Assembly: GCF_964213995.1 (NCBI RefSeq)
Contig: NW_027590172.1
Span: 620,001-684,000, forward strand
Direction: 5' to 3'
Source: Mustelus asterias
Taxonomy: Eukaryota
DNA length: 64,000 nt
Shown here in pieces: positions 24,931-37,218 of the stretch. Each line of letters starts with the position of its first letter. The stretch's first letter is position 1. The notes under the pieces are model-generated. The model worked only from the letters and a program-made list of their open reading frames with translations. It searched no databases and had not been told where the DNA came from. Made by a program: the position numbers and the translations under genes.

Positions 24931-25406
24931 TTTTTTTGTGCGGGCTGACTGTGCCTCTGTAACAGTGCGGGGCTCAGCGCACAGTAATACACAGCAGAGT
25001 CAGACACACGGACCCCGGTGATATTTAACGGAACTGTTTTCTTGTCTTGGTCCAAATCAGCAGAATACCGGTCCGGGAAATCGGGAGACTTATCCCCCTG
25101 CCGCTTCCCGTAACTCTTCAGTAAATATCTCGGAGCTTCACCAGGATTCTGGATGTACCAGAAGAGAGTTGGCATTACTTTTTTTGTAGTGTAGTTGCAG
25201 TTCAATATTCCCTCCTGTCCTTCCTGAACCGTGAATTCAGGCGCTGCTGGGAAGCTGAATCTTGGCCATTGGTTCCTGTAACAACATATAGAATGTGTGA
25301 GAAATCTGTGAGTGAATATAACCCGTGAAACACACACTGAGGATTTGAGCTCAGACTAACCGGGCAATGTGACCATTATTATCAGTAAAGCACACAGGGA
25401 ACACAT
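24931..25406 (-). pseudogene. TCR alpha V pseudogene (leader 25406-25361, V exon 25275-24970)
   Basis: Leader MCSLCALLIIMVTLP then GTTAGT. Spliced GTNGQDSASQQ is 1 nt out of frame with PEFTVQEG..LNCNY..LFWYIQ..DSAVYYCALSP. Heptamer mutated: CGCACTG, 23 bp, ACAAAAAAA. Confidence 0.88.
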
Positions 25407-26309
25407 GGTTCCTGATTGGCAGTAAACAGCGACACTGCTTAACATTTGTCGCTGTTTCTAGTCTTATATCACAGAGCGAACTCAGATCAGAGACAGCTTC
25501 AATTATAGGAAAGGGGGGGGCGTTTCTTAGTGCTACGATTGGCTAGTCTCCCTGAGGATCACCTTTGGACCTGGTAGCTTTGGACCAATCACTCTTAGTT
25601 GAGGAGGAAGTACAGCTGGCGATCTCCAATCAAATTGTAGCCCCGGCTGCGTGTGTCTTTCTCACTCTCACCTTCTCTGTCACAATATCAGTCATTCTTT
25701 CTCCGTTTAACTCGCTTGCCTTCGAACTCAATGTCAATGTATTTTTTTAGGTAGATCTTTCCCCCTAATTAAGGTGAAAATTGAAGCAGATAATTTGAAA
25801 TCCCTCTGATGCACAGTTTTTGAGTGCCGCCCAGTGCATGAGGATAATTAATAGATACCGTTTTAAGAACACTGGGGAAAAGTAATCACCCAGCTCCACA
25901 TTGAGATGAGCTTCCACTGGGAAGGCATGGATTTCAGTCAGTCAATATTTTTAACCCAGCAACTTCAACATGTGGCAACTCTGAGTCTGCCTTTGATATT
26001 TGATCACTTCTGAAATGTGTGATCTGTCAGACAGTCAACTGATTAGGAACATTCAAAATACAGCTTGATGACGTTTTTCACTTGGGAGATTTGCAGATTT
26101 GTGTGAATGTGATATGGGAACGATTGGACTTGATCTGGTAGTAATATGAGTAAAAATGTCAAACTTCCCAACAGTGACAATCATTGACCTCAGTGAGCGA
26201 AAACCCTCAGACGGGACTGTATTGTCACCTTCTCTATGGTTGCATGCTCTCTGAATTTTCAACCCCATGTGTTGCCCTGACAATGAATCATTGATTTTCG
26301 ACCTGTGCC

Positions 26310-26490
26310 AGTTTTTGTATGAGGCCCGCGGGATCCTCATTCACTGTGGGCCTCAGTGCACAGTAATACACGGCGCTGTCTGTCACCTTCTATCCTTTCA
26401 CTGACAAGTGAAAAGTGCTTTATTTCAGGTTGTGATTCCCGCTGAGGTGTTCAAAGCCGGGAGCCGTATCCGTAAACCCATAACTCCCAA
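26310..26490 (-). pseudogene. TCR V pseudogene 3' half with a consensus 23-RSS, truncated by CR1
   Basis: ...STFHLSVKG*KVTDSAVYYCALR with two stops; CACAGTG (26348-26342), 23 bp, ACAAAAACT (26318-26310). Confidence 0.88.
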
Positions 26491-27620
26491 ACCAGATCCT
26501 TGCGGTACACCACTAATAACTGAACTCCAGGATGAACATTTCCCATCAACCACCACCCTCTGTCTTCTTACAGCTAGCCAATTTCTGATCCAAACCGCTA
26601 AGTCACCCTCAATCCCATGCGTCCGTATTTTCTGCAATAGCTTACCGTGGGGTACCTTATCAAACGCTTTACTGAAATCCATATACACCACATCAACTGC
26701 TTTACCCTCATCCACCTCTTTGGTCACCTCCTCAAAGAACTCAGTAAGGTTTGTGAGGCACGACCTACCCTTCCCAAAATCGTGCTGACTATCCCTAATC
26801 AAATTATTAATTTCCAGATGATTATTAATCCTATCTCTTATAATCCTTTCCAAAACTTTGCCCACAACAGAAGTAAGGCTCACTGGTCTATAATTACCAG
26901 GGTTGTCTCTACTCCCCTTCTTGAACAAGGGGACAACATTTGCTATCCTCCAGTCTTCTGGCACTATTCCTGGAGACAATGACGACATAAAGATCAAAGC
27001 CAACGGCTCTGCAATCTCCTCCCTAGCCTCCCAGAGAATCCTAGGATAAATCCCATTCGGCCCAGGGGACTTATCTATTTTCACACTTTCCAGAATTGCT
27101 AACGCCTCCTCCTTATGAACCTCAACCCCGTCTAGTCAAATAGCCTAGATCTCAGTATTCTCCTCGACAACATTGTCTTTTTCCTGTGTGAATACTGACG
27201 GAAAATATTCATTTAGCACCCCCCCTATCTCTTCGGAATTCCCACTACTGTCCTTGACTGGCCCTAATCTTATCCTAGTCATTCTTTTATTCCTGATATA
27301 CCCATAGAAAGCTTTAGGGTTTTCCTTGATCCTACCTGCCAAAGACTTATCATGTCCCCTCCTGACTCTTCTTAGCTCTCTCTTTAGGTCCTTCCTGGCT
27401 AACTTGTAACTCTCAAGCGCCCTAACTGAGCCTTCACGTCTCATCTTTACATAAGTCTCCTTCTTCCTCTTCACAAGAGATTCAACTTTTTTAGTAAACC
27501 ACGGTTCCCTCGCTCGACCACTTCCTCCCTGCCTGACAGGTACATACTATCAAGGACACGCAGTAGCTGTTCCTTGAACATTTCAATTGTGCCCGTCCCC
27601 TGCAGTTTCCTTCCCCATCA
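26491..27620 (-). mobile_element. CR1 LINE ORF2 (RT) fragment
   Basis: KSPGPNGIYPR..PGNYRPVSLTSVVGK..YMDFSKAFDKVPH..SGVPQGS. Confidence 0.93.
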
Positions 27621-28789
27621 TATGGTCCAATCCAGCTCCTGTTCCCTATTCTCTGATGTTCTTCTGTCCAGTTCATTGTTCTGAGAAAATAATCAACTGA
27701 ATGAACAATTCCAGAAGAAGATATAAATATCTCATAATGTAACTAGTACATAATAAGGAATAGCGTGATTTCGGAGAGCTGCTTGTTCATCTAGAATACT
27801 AGACAGCAGCATATCCACAATGCTATTGCTCCCGTAATCGTTGCAGCAAACATACAAACTTGGTGAGGCAGCTCCATCCGGTGGCAATCTGAGGTAAATG
27901 ACCATTTCCTGGAAAATCACAGAATTCATAAATTACTGAAGGCTGTTCGTTTAATATTATTATTATGTCACATTATTCCTGAAAGTATTATTACTATTGC
28001 AATGCAGTGAACATATCCACCAGAGCTAATTCTACCTTAATTTGAAATCCCGGTGAACAGTGATAGGGCTAGTAGATGAGGGGAGGAATAGTCCCTCTTC
28101 GTATGAAAAAATATTTCGGTTACTATTGCTCACAAACTCAAAGTATCCAGAAAACAACGGGACCCGCAAATCTTGTCACTCCACTCTGACGGTCAAAGTG
28201 ACAACTCTTTCTGGCAGAGACCCATAAGACCCCGTGTCTTCTGTATAAATAATGTTTCTAACAACATTACAGCGGCAACACTGGAGATCAATTTCCATAG
28301 TGTGTAAAGTGCTTTCAAATGTCCAGGGTGCTGGACCAGTAGAAACTCTTCTTTCTCTTGTCGAGTAATAGTTCGTTCCAGGGGTTAAATTTATTGTCCG
28401 GCTGTTTCCACCGGGCCCAGTAATGTTTTTTTTAAATTTCCGTTTTTTAAATTTCGATCCAGCTTTTCCATGATTGGGTTGATGAGCAGTCACCACTTTC
28501 AGGAATTCCAAGTATTAGGTATCCAGTCTGTTCCGAGATTCTTTCCTCTCCACAGGAGTGCTTCAGGAAAAACAACCTGAATAGATACTTGGGTGACGTT
28601 GATGGAAAGTGACCGAAGCACTGAACGGCTGCTTGCTATCTATCTCTCAGTTCTGATCCTGGTCACCTCGATTAAAGGTTTACACTAATCTACCTTCATG
28701 TGTAAATATAAACTATATATTGATTGTTAAAGCGGTGCAATATCCAAAATTAGCAGTACAAGCGCTAATCTACAAACGCCGCTCCCCAG

Positions 28790-29190
28790 GTGAGGTTCAG
28801 TTGTTAGCTCTATCGTCTCTGGAGCAGATGTTTTCAGAATTCCACTCTCTCTACAGAGACTCTCCTTACAGGACCCATTCAGATGCGGCAGTGCAGCCCT
28901 AGGGGAATGGTGAATTGTCCGGGGTGCCGAATGAGATGTTAAATGGACGGCACCGACTCCCCTCTCAGAGGGAGGTGATAGTTCACAAGGACACGATTGT
29001 GAAGAAGAGCAGTTGAATTGCTCGAGTCAATTACTACCCAAAATAAACGTTCTGAAACAAGCGATCCATTAAAATGTTGCTGTTTGAAGGATCAACCGGG
29101 GATCAAATTGGCTGCCGTCTCTTCTCTACTCATTGTAACAGTGATGGTGAACACTCTGTGGTACATCAAGGAAGGCGCCATATAGATAGT
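28790..29190 (+). mobile_element. Degenerate Deu-domain SINE (SacSINE/AmnSINE-like)
   Basis: GCAGTGCAG..GGTGCC..ATGAGATGTTAAA..GAAGAAGAGCAG..CAAATTGGCTGCCG..AAGGCGCCATATA resembles the Deu-domain consensus as I recall it. Confidence 0.55.
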
Positions 29191-29281
29191 TCATTCTTAT
29201 TCACTCAACGACCCAAGTTTACATGCTGAGTGATATTCTAAGAGTATTTAGACAGCTTCAGCGCAGCTCTGCGTCTATGTG

Positions 29282-30043
29282 GGTCTCAGTGCACAGGAAT
29301 ACACCCTGGAGTCTGTCAGCTCAGTTTTAGATATCTTCATTGTGCTCTTCACAAAATCAAACTCCGCAGAGAAACGGTCCCCTCGGAATCTCTCTGTGCT
29401 CCCGCTGTATGTATATCTCTGCAGCAGAAACTCCATCGACCCGCCGGGATGCTGACGGTACCACAATATGTTAGGATAGTCGCTGGTTGTAGCTGTAAAG
29501 TTACAGAACAACTGAACATCCTTCCCTGTACTCACTGTGACGGCAGCCGGTGTCTGTGTAACAGAGTCTCCTCGACAATGTCCTGCAAGTGTCCAGAGGG
29601 ACATCAAATCCAACAATATCAATTAACTACGTTTATCAGGCAGTATTGGCTTTTTGACCCGAATTAAAGCCCGGTAAATAAATAGATGCCGCTAAAGTGA
29701 AAAATATTTTCCACAGCTCAGGATCTGTCACTGGAAGGGGTTTGGATCGAATATGCAAACTTTTCATGAACGCACATTTGGCGCCGTCTATCGAGATCAG
29801 TTTCCCAAACGCATTTCCTGCAATTTGAAGGGAAAACTGAAAACTGCCCCCAGTTTTAAATTGCAGTGTTTGTCACAGGCTGCGTGGAGACAATGTGGGT
29901 AGGATTAATTTACGGTTCTGTGATCAATCCATTGTTAGCTATGTATTAATGTTAAAGATGTCAAACAGGTTTGTGCAACTTGGGAACTTACCGATTAACA
30001 GAGCTGTCGCTGTGAGGACTGAACACAAAGTGACAGGAGGCAT
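29282..30043 (-). CDS. TCR alpha/delta V segment with an open frame but a weak RSS (leader 30043-29992, V exon 29582-29282)
   Basis: Leader MPPVTLCSVLTATALLI then GTAAGT; in-frame GHCRGDSVTQTP..LFCNF..LWYRQHPG..LTDSRVYSCALRP; RSS CACATAG, 23 bp, CTAAATACT (29281-29243). Confidence 0.85.
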
Positions 30044-30453
30044 TTTCCAGACACCTCCCGGCACAGTTAACAGCAATGAGCTGAAGCTGAAGTTGTTTCA
30101 CTCAAGACTTTAGAGGGTGAGTAACACGCACGACACTGCTGATTGGTTCATTGCCGGCTGAGTCATCAGTTGACATTCAATCATCTTAAAGCGTCTTCTC
30201 TTCAATCAAATATATCAAATTCCTTGGATATTTAATTCCTACCATCGGAATGGGGCGAAAAGAACAAAGGGTTTCTGTTCAAATCTAAGCTGAGTATTTT
30301 CTGAGGAAATACTCCAAGATCGGTCCTTTCACAGGTTCAATCTGTCAGGGGGAGACAGAGAAAGAAAACAGTGAAGGTTGTTCTGGTCCAAAAGCCGGAT
30401 TCCCCAATTGGAGGAGCTGCTCTCTGACTACATTACATTCCGCTTTCGGTTCC

Positions 30454-30705
30454 GGGCGGCACGGTAGCACAGTGATTAGCAGCGCTGCTACACAGCAGCC
30501 GGAACCGAGATCGATTCTCAGCTGCGGTCACTGAGTGTGTGGAGTTTGCACATTCTCCATGTGTCTGGGTGGATTTTCTCCAGTGCTCCCTTTTCCTCCC
30601 ACATTCTGAAAGACGTGCTGTTAGCGGCATTGACCCGAACAGGCACCGGACTGCGGCGATTAGGGTAATTTCGCAGTTACTTCATAAGCCTTACTTGTGA
30701 CTTTT
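30454..30705 (+). mobile_element. V-SINE
   Basis: GGCGGCACGGTAGCACAGTG head and TGTGGAGTTTGCACATTCTCC V-domain. Further copies at about 36105-36345(-), 41490-41995(-), 52730-52880(-), 57385-57520(+), 58085-58365(-), 63240-63541(-) and 63700-63885(+). Confidence 0.85.
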
Positions 30706-31543
30706 AAAAAAACTTACATCAATGAATGGAATAGAAGCACCAAATGTTTTTAATGAATTATATAGCAGGGGGTTGTATGTGGAGGCGACTGTTTAATGGA
30801 TTTGAGCTGAATGGGAGTGAGGAGACACGCATTGACTCAGTGATCTTGGATTAGTTGATCATCAGAAATATTCGCAACACACATACAATAAAAATAACGT
30901 TTTCCCTGTAATTTATTGCTTAACCGTCAGAAACACAGGCGTCCATCGTCACCGATTTCCGAATTTAATATCATTAAATAAACAGGTTGAACCTTTATTG
31001 ACAGCACCTCCCAAACCCGCAATCACTTCCACCAGATGATGCATGGGAACATCAGCACCGATATGTTCCCCTTCAAGCAATGCGATATCCTAACATATTG
31101 TGTTCATTTCACTGAAGCTCAAAATCATGGAAACCCCTCCCTGACAGTACTGCGAGTGTCGCCACATTACGTGGAATGCGAAAGGCAGCTCACCAAGATC
31201 TTTCCATGGACAATTAGTGGTAGGTAATAAATACTGGTCTTGATAGCAACGTTCACTTTTATTAAATGTTTTAAAAACACTCAATCTGTAACCAATCCCG
31301 AGCATCAAACCAACAACTGAACAAATCTCCTCCTGCCGCCTGGTGGCGAATGCTTGTAAAGTTTCTGAAACTAATTCAGAATAGGTGGATGACTCGGGCT
31401 AATTTTCACCAAGCAAAGACAAAGGAAGCTAAAATCGTGAACTAACACAAACAAATAACAGATTGTACGAATCAATGTTATTCACAATTGATCTGTTCTA
31501 CAACAGACGTCAGCTGCAAGAGTTTCTATTGCACAAAGAGGCG

Positions 31544-32167
31544 AGATTTTCTTTCCGAGATTTAACTGTTTTTATCACTATAAGTCTCACGGAGCAGTAA
31601 CAGCTCAGAGATTGTTCAAGTGAAATTTCTTGTCAAGATGTTGAGTTGTTCCAAAAATGGTCTTTGGCTTGAATGCTGAACCGCTCGGGTGTTTTATCAG
31701 AATAAACTCTGGCTGTATTTCAGAGTCTTGCCAATAGCAGTCTAATGCTTAACAGTCGCTCCTTGTATTGTTAGAGATTCATTTTAAAGTAACCGCGTCT
31801 CCTTCCGTCTTAACTGCTGAGGGTAGCAGCTGGTGGCAACCTCCACGAATTAGATCTAAAGGACATGTCACCATGGTGAAAGATAAAACAAGCGGGAGTT
31901 TAAAACTCAGATTCAAAACACGTTGGAAATATTAGCCATGATGTGGAGTTGCCGGCGTTGTACTGGGATATATCTGGACTTTACCCTGATGTTGTGAGAC
32001 TACTTACTGGAAATATTAGCAACATCTTTACCCCGCAAATACCGTCATTATTTCCATTCTACAAACAATAGTGTGCCGCTTAGTGCAACCAAGGGGGAGA
32101 ATAGATTTTTAGCCGGGAGAAAGTACTCACTGAGATGTCATAGGAAAAGCAAGAAGTGGTCACAAAT
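31544..32167 (-). pseudogene. Decayed TCR V pseudogene related to the 8.7 kb V (V exon about 31855-31583, leader-like 32167-32131)
   Basis: DLIRG..PSAVKTEGDAVTLK*..CYWQDSEIQPEFILIKHPSG..YCSVR; heptamer TATAGTG, 23 bp, AGAAAATCT; CTCF-like CCACCAGGCGGCA at about 31335. Confidence 0.75.
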
Positions 32168-33548
32168 GTCTCCGCCCTTGTCTGTAACTGCAGACCATGA
32201 ACTCCTCTGTCACAGCAAATACAGATCCCCACCCACAGCACTGCTGACCCAACCGTTGGCAATGATGGAAGCGGAACAACAAGGTCTCCACGAGCAGAGA
32301 TCAGGGCAGGCGGGTCAAAGGGAAACTGTGTGAGACTCGATAACTAGCGCTCTTGTCCAACACAGTGTCAGTCTGTGATAAATTATTACACTTCTCTCAC
32401 TTTCTAGCTCTGTGATCCCTTCATTCTTTCTGTGAAATAAATTCCTCAACAAGACAAATTCCAGCCACTGTGACCCGCTACAGAAATTACACATTTCCTT
32501 CAATCACAACCCGATCCAACTCACCGAATGGCGCCTACAACAATATCAGATGCTGCAGTCTTAAATCATATCCTGCAATTTTAATCCAAATTGAATTGTT
32601 GAGACTTACACCGAGAGATGGGTTTAAAGTATGAAAAATAATTATCGGATAATATCGAGACATCCATCTTATATATCCTGGAAAGTGTGAAATGTGTGAA
32701 ATAAGTTTCCTGTTGGAATGGAAGAGGAGTAGACATTGAGATAGTTTAAGGAGGTGTCTGGAGGAACGTTGGGAAAGGAAGTTACTACATTTCCGGATTA
32801 TTCATACAAAATTTGTCGCATGACCTCCCTCATTCCCAGTGGTCACATGAACCGGAATACAGCAGGAGAGGCTAAATAGTGTCTAAAACGTCAAAGCACA
32901 ATTCTGGAATTGTTCAAATGGACTGGCTGCAGCTTTGAAGACAGAAATAGAGCGAACATTTTAAACGATTATGCTTATCAGAACTGGGGAAAATGTTGTT
33001 GATGCAACAGGTTTTAAGCATTTGGAGTGGCAGCTAAAGACGAGAGGGCAGAATGAAAAAGGGGCAGGTCAGTAATTCAGTGGAAGACAGGTAGCCCTAA
33101 ATGATGAAGCCGATGATGGCCCAAGGGGAAGATGTGGTACTGGGACAGGTGGACAAACAATTAGTAATTGTGGCAGCGTTTTACTTATGAAAAACAGAAC
33201 CATCACCCCAAGGTGCCGTCTAAAATACAAAGAGAAAACAATGTAAACTGTTGTACGGTGGAGAATCAGTAAGTGTTGAAAGCAATCTTGATTCCGGGAG
33301 GTGAACAAATCTGTTTTTTTTTTGTAAATGCTGCGGCCACCAGAGAGTAGTGAGAGGTTGCTTGGGTTTAATGTTGGGACGAGTTTCAGACTCACAACAG
33401 TGTTCAGTTCTTTGTTATATTAAAACAAATGAAACGAGCAGCTGTGGAAACACACTATTATTGACAGAAATAGGATGTTTATATTTAACGTAATGTATTC
33501 TTGTGCGTGGTTAATGTTGCGATTGATGTTACAAATATTCGACATTAT

Positions 33549-34080
33549 GGCCGCGATTCTTCATTGCGGCCCGCCACTTTTCTGGCGGGTCGGGCTGGGA
33601 GATGCGCGTGTCGGCCATTTAGTGGGTTCCCCAGCAGTTCTTTTCGACCCGCGCGCATCTCCAAGCCAGAGAAAAATGGCGCCGCCGGGAACCCGCTGAA
33701 AATCGGCGGGCCGTTGTTTAGCATGAGTTTATATACTTCTGCATGCTATTATCGGAGTCCACATGGCAATCTCCGCACACGTCTGCGTCTCCCAATTCTT
33801 TGGCATGATGTAATTTTGGCACGAATCAGAATAGGTATTTAAAAGTTGCAACCTGGCGTGGCAGCCTTGAACTGGCGTGAGGAGGTAAGTGCTGCTAACA
33901 GGGCACGAGGGGGGTTGCAGGCACGCCCTGGAGATGTCTGGTGGCCTTCCTCCTGCTGCCTTTAGGTTTTGGCCCATTGACGAGTGACATCTGTGGGAGG
34001 CGTGGGGGGGGGGGGCTTCCATTTCCTCACAGATCGCTGGGTGATGTTCCATCAGGGAGTCCCGCTCCCCACCGCCCCAA
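33549..34080. mobile_element. GC-rich repeat, probably a non-autonomous PIF/Harbinger-type DNA transposon fragment
   Basis: Starts GGCCGCGATTCT; abrupt GC/CpG-rich block with AAAATGGCGCC and GCATG..TAT..CATGC motifs that I associate with such shark repeats. Confidence 0.4.
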
Positions 34081-34084
34081 TCTA

Positions 34085-34445
34085 CAAAGATATAAAATGA
34101 AAAAGTGTGGCTGAAGTAAACATTTGTCCTTTAGAGGACGAGAAGGGGGATGTAATAACTGGAAATGAGAAAATGTCTGTGGCATTGAACAGGTATTTTG
34201 TGTCGGTCTTCACAGTGGAAGACACAAATAACATGCCAAAAATCGATGACAGGAAGGCTATGGAAGGTGAGAACCTAGAAACTATCAATCTCACGAAAGG
34301 GGTAGTGGTGGGCAGTTTAATGGGGCGAAAGGTAGACAAGTCTCCTGGTCCTGGTGGAATGCATCCCAGGGTACTAAAAGAGCTGGTGGGAGAAATAGCA
34401 AATGCACCAGTGGTAATTTACCAAAATTCACTGGACTCTGGGGTT
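34085..34445 (+). mobile_element. CR1 LINE ORF2 fragment
   Basis: LNRYFVSVFTVED..DKSPGPGGMHPRVLKE. Confidence 0.85.
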
Positions 34446-34923
34446 CAGAGTTAAAGATTTCAGAGAAAAGGGAGTTGAAAGCAGGTCCCATGGACAAGAT
34501 GAACAATCAGAGGGTTTGATGGGAAATAGGAGAGAGACTGGAGAAAGATGTGAGTTCAGAGCTTGGACACAGAGGAGCTTTCCAGACAGTCTGGCCCAGT
34601 GGGTGAGTGGAAGGGAAGGAAGCAGCTGATCAGATTGTCTCAATCTTAGTGACAGAAACTCATCAGCTCCTCACACTTTGTTGTTGGAGGTGAGGTTGGA
34701 GGAGACAAGAGAAAGGGAGAGTCCTTCAAAAGGAACTAACTTGTGTTAGAGATATTAGAAAGGCTCGACACAGCATGTTTAAATCAAAGACAACATATTT
34801 GATTTTTGTCCAGAATATTAGTCTCTATAACTGAACTGAAGTTTATTAACATCAGCAGAAACAGACCCTAATGGACATAGCTCAGTTCTCAATCTGATTG
34901 ACAACACAATCCAATCTCTGGAG

Positions 34924-35791
34924 TTAACTGTGAATTTGCTGGTGTCTCAGCAGATTGGATGACTGAGTAAATCCCATCGCACACACAGAACACGTAAATG
35001 GTCTCTTCCCAGTGTGAACTCACTGGTGTGTCAGCAGGTTGGATGACCGAGTGAATCTCTTCCCACAATCATTGCAGGTGAACAGCCTCTCCCCAGTGTG
35101 AACTCGCTGGTGTCTGAGCAGTGCTGATGATTGAGTGAATCTCTTCCCACACCGAGAGCAGGTGAATGGTCTATCTCCCGTGTGAGTGCGCTGGTGAACG
35201 GTGAGATGAGATCATCGCCTGAACCCAGTTCCGCAGTGAGAGCACCTGAACGGTCTCTCGTCAGTGTGAACTTGTTGATGGTACATAAGTTCCTGAGAGG
35301 TTTTATAACTCTTCCCACAGTCCAGACATTTAAACGGTCTCTCGTCAGTGTGACTTCTTTGATGTGTTGTCAGGTTGGATAAATTAATGAATCCTTTCCC
35401 ACACTCGGAGCAGGTGAATGGTCTCTGCCTAGTGTGAATTCGCTGGTGTGTTAACAGCGTGGGTGACTGAGTGAATCCCATCCCACACACACAGCAAGTG
35501 AATGGCCTCTGCCCAGTGTGTGTGCTGGTGTGTCAGCAGGGTGGATGACTTAGTGAATCCTTTCCCGCAGTCCGAGCAGGTGAACGGCCTCTCCCCGGTG
35601 TGACCACGCCGATGAGTTTCCAGCTGGGATGGATAATTGAATCCCTTCCCACAGTCCTCACATTTCCACAGCTTGTCCCCATCATAACTGCATTTATGTT
35701 TTGACAGGGCAGATGATCGATTGAATCCCTGTCCACACACAGAACACGAGTAGGGTTTCTCTCCGCTGTGAACGGTGCTTTTTTCTTCCAT
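34924..35791 (-). pseudogene. C2H2 zinc-finger gene, frameshifted (ZNF-A)
   Basis: [20 protein letters not shown]...; HTGERPF linkers; 2-nt deletion at about 35520 and TGA at 35212-35214; further fingers down to about 34930; splice acceptor at about 35901. Confidence 0.88.
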
Positions 35792-36547
35792 GTTTAAAAT
35801 ATGACAATATTCAGGTTACGATAAATTAGCCGACAGTATCATTCCCTAATGTGATGTTTGGTTTCAGTTTCCCAACTGCAAATCGTCCCCTTCTAAAACC
35901 CTGTGAAATTGATTTAAAACAGAAAAAAGGGAGTGAGAGAGAACCCACAAAAGCACAAAGACAGGTTGTGAAATTGAGCTGAATGAATCTGGTCACTTGT
36001 GGGGCCGGCACTGGGAAAAAGTGACCATGAAAACTGCTGGATTCAATTGATTCACTCATGTCCTTCAGGGAAAGAAACCTGCCAACTTGTCTGGACTCTG
36101 CACCCAGGTCCTATCCCCGTAGCCCCACATATCCTGTTACTTCCCCGAACCTACACATCTTGGGGCACTAAGGGGCAATTTAGCATGGCCAATCCACCTA
36201 GCCTGCACGTCATTGGACTGTGAGAGGAAACAGGAGCACCCAGATGAAAACCCACGCAGACACGGGGAGACACAGTCACCCGAGGCTGGAGTTGAACCTG
36301 GGTCACTGGAGCTGTGAGGCAGCAGTGCTAACCACTGTGCTACCCTTTTTCAAAGAACTGGAACAATTTTGTGAAATGTCTGGGACTATTTTATTTTGTT
36401 AAAGACACAGTATGAATACAAATTATCTTCGCTGCCCTGATTTTGTTGTTCTGCTCATCAGTAAGAAATTGGAAGTGAAAGAGTGAAGCACTTTGATGGA
36501 CAAGTTGTTCAAATTCTGTCACTGGGAAGAATTTCAAAACATTGCCC

Positions 36548-36580
36548 CTAACAAACATGGCGGCTACGCATGCGCCCTAC
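36548..36580. promoter_or_regulatory. Likely ZNF-A promoter with YY1 and NRF1 motifs
   Basis: AACATGGCGG and CGCATGCGC upstream of the ZNF coding exon. Confidence 0.55.
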
Positions 36581-37218
36581 TGTTCCACCTCTTTCTCCAA
36601 TTCCTCTCCGATCCCCCATCCGCCAAGGAACAGCAGCCGGGCAGAGCGGGCAAGAGGTGACACCCAGGGGGAGCAGCAGCCGAGAGGGTTACAGCGAACC
36701 CTGATGGACTGGAGGGGAAACAGCAGTAGCACAGTCTCTGCCCAAAGGCTTTCGCTGTTCAGCTGCTCAAAGACTCTGAGAACCTCTTCAAATGTAAACT
36801 TCAGCTTCTCACATTCACCTATCCATCCCTTCCTCCATCCATCTCGCCCTCCCTCCATCCATCCCTCTCCCTCCATCCACCCCTCCTTCCATCCATCTCA
36901 CCATCCCTCCCTCTCTCCATCCATCCTTCCTGATAACAAGAACCATTCACTCTGCACAGCAGTTTCATCCTCATTCCTCCAGTCTGTATTCCAGCCTTCA
37001 TCACATCCACTCTGCTCCCAGATATTTTAGACCAATAGATATTACAACTCAAACTTCACAATCTCTACAATTTAATATTTGTTTGGTAACCTTATAGACA
37101 GCAGAGAAATCATCAATTCCAAAGCAACCCGAGCTGGAGGATATATTAATACATTTTCTCATTTCACAATAAAACCCACGCACTGAGTTTCAAATTTGCT
37201 TCTGTCATTATTTTAGTG

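Noticed and set aside
28176-28511. ORF ending EDTGSY...VTLTVR, superficially Ig-like
   Set aside because: Lacks correctly spaced Cys/Trp, splice sites and RSS.
28788-28830. GEVQLL after a CAG, resembling an IgH V start (a TCR-embedded VH)
   Set aside because: The sequence is the tRNA-like head of a Deu-type SINE; no Cys, Trp, YYC or RSS follows.
3745-32167. NAR-TCR or IgNAR-type V domains
   Set aside because: The V segments that are complete enough to judge have leaders, a full CDR2/FR2 and TCR alpha/delta-type motifs; no adjacent D/J with 12-RSS was found.
32440-32670. Minus-strand GTAAGT donor, TTGCAG acceptor, EGNV..FC and CACAGTG, a possible further V relic
   Set aside because: Too short and degenerate, with no nonamer at 12 or 23 bp; cannot be supported.
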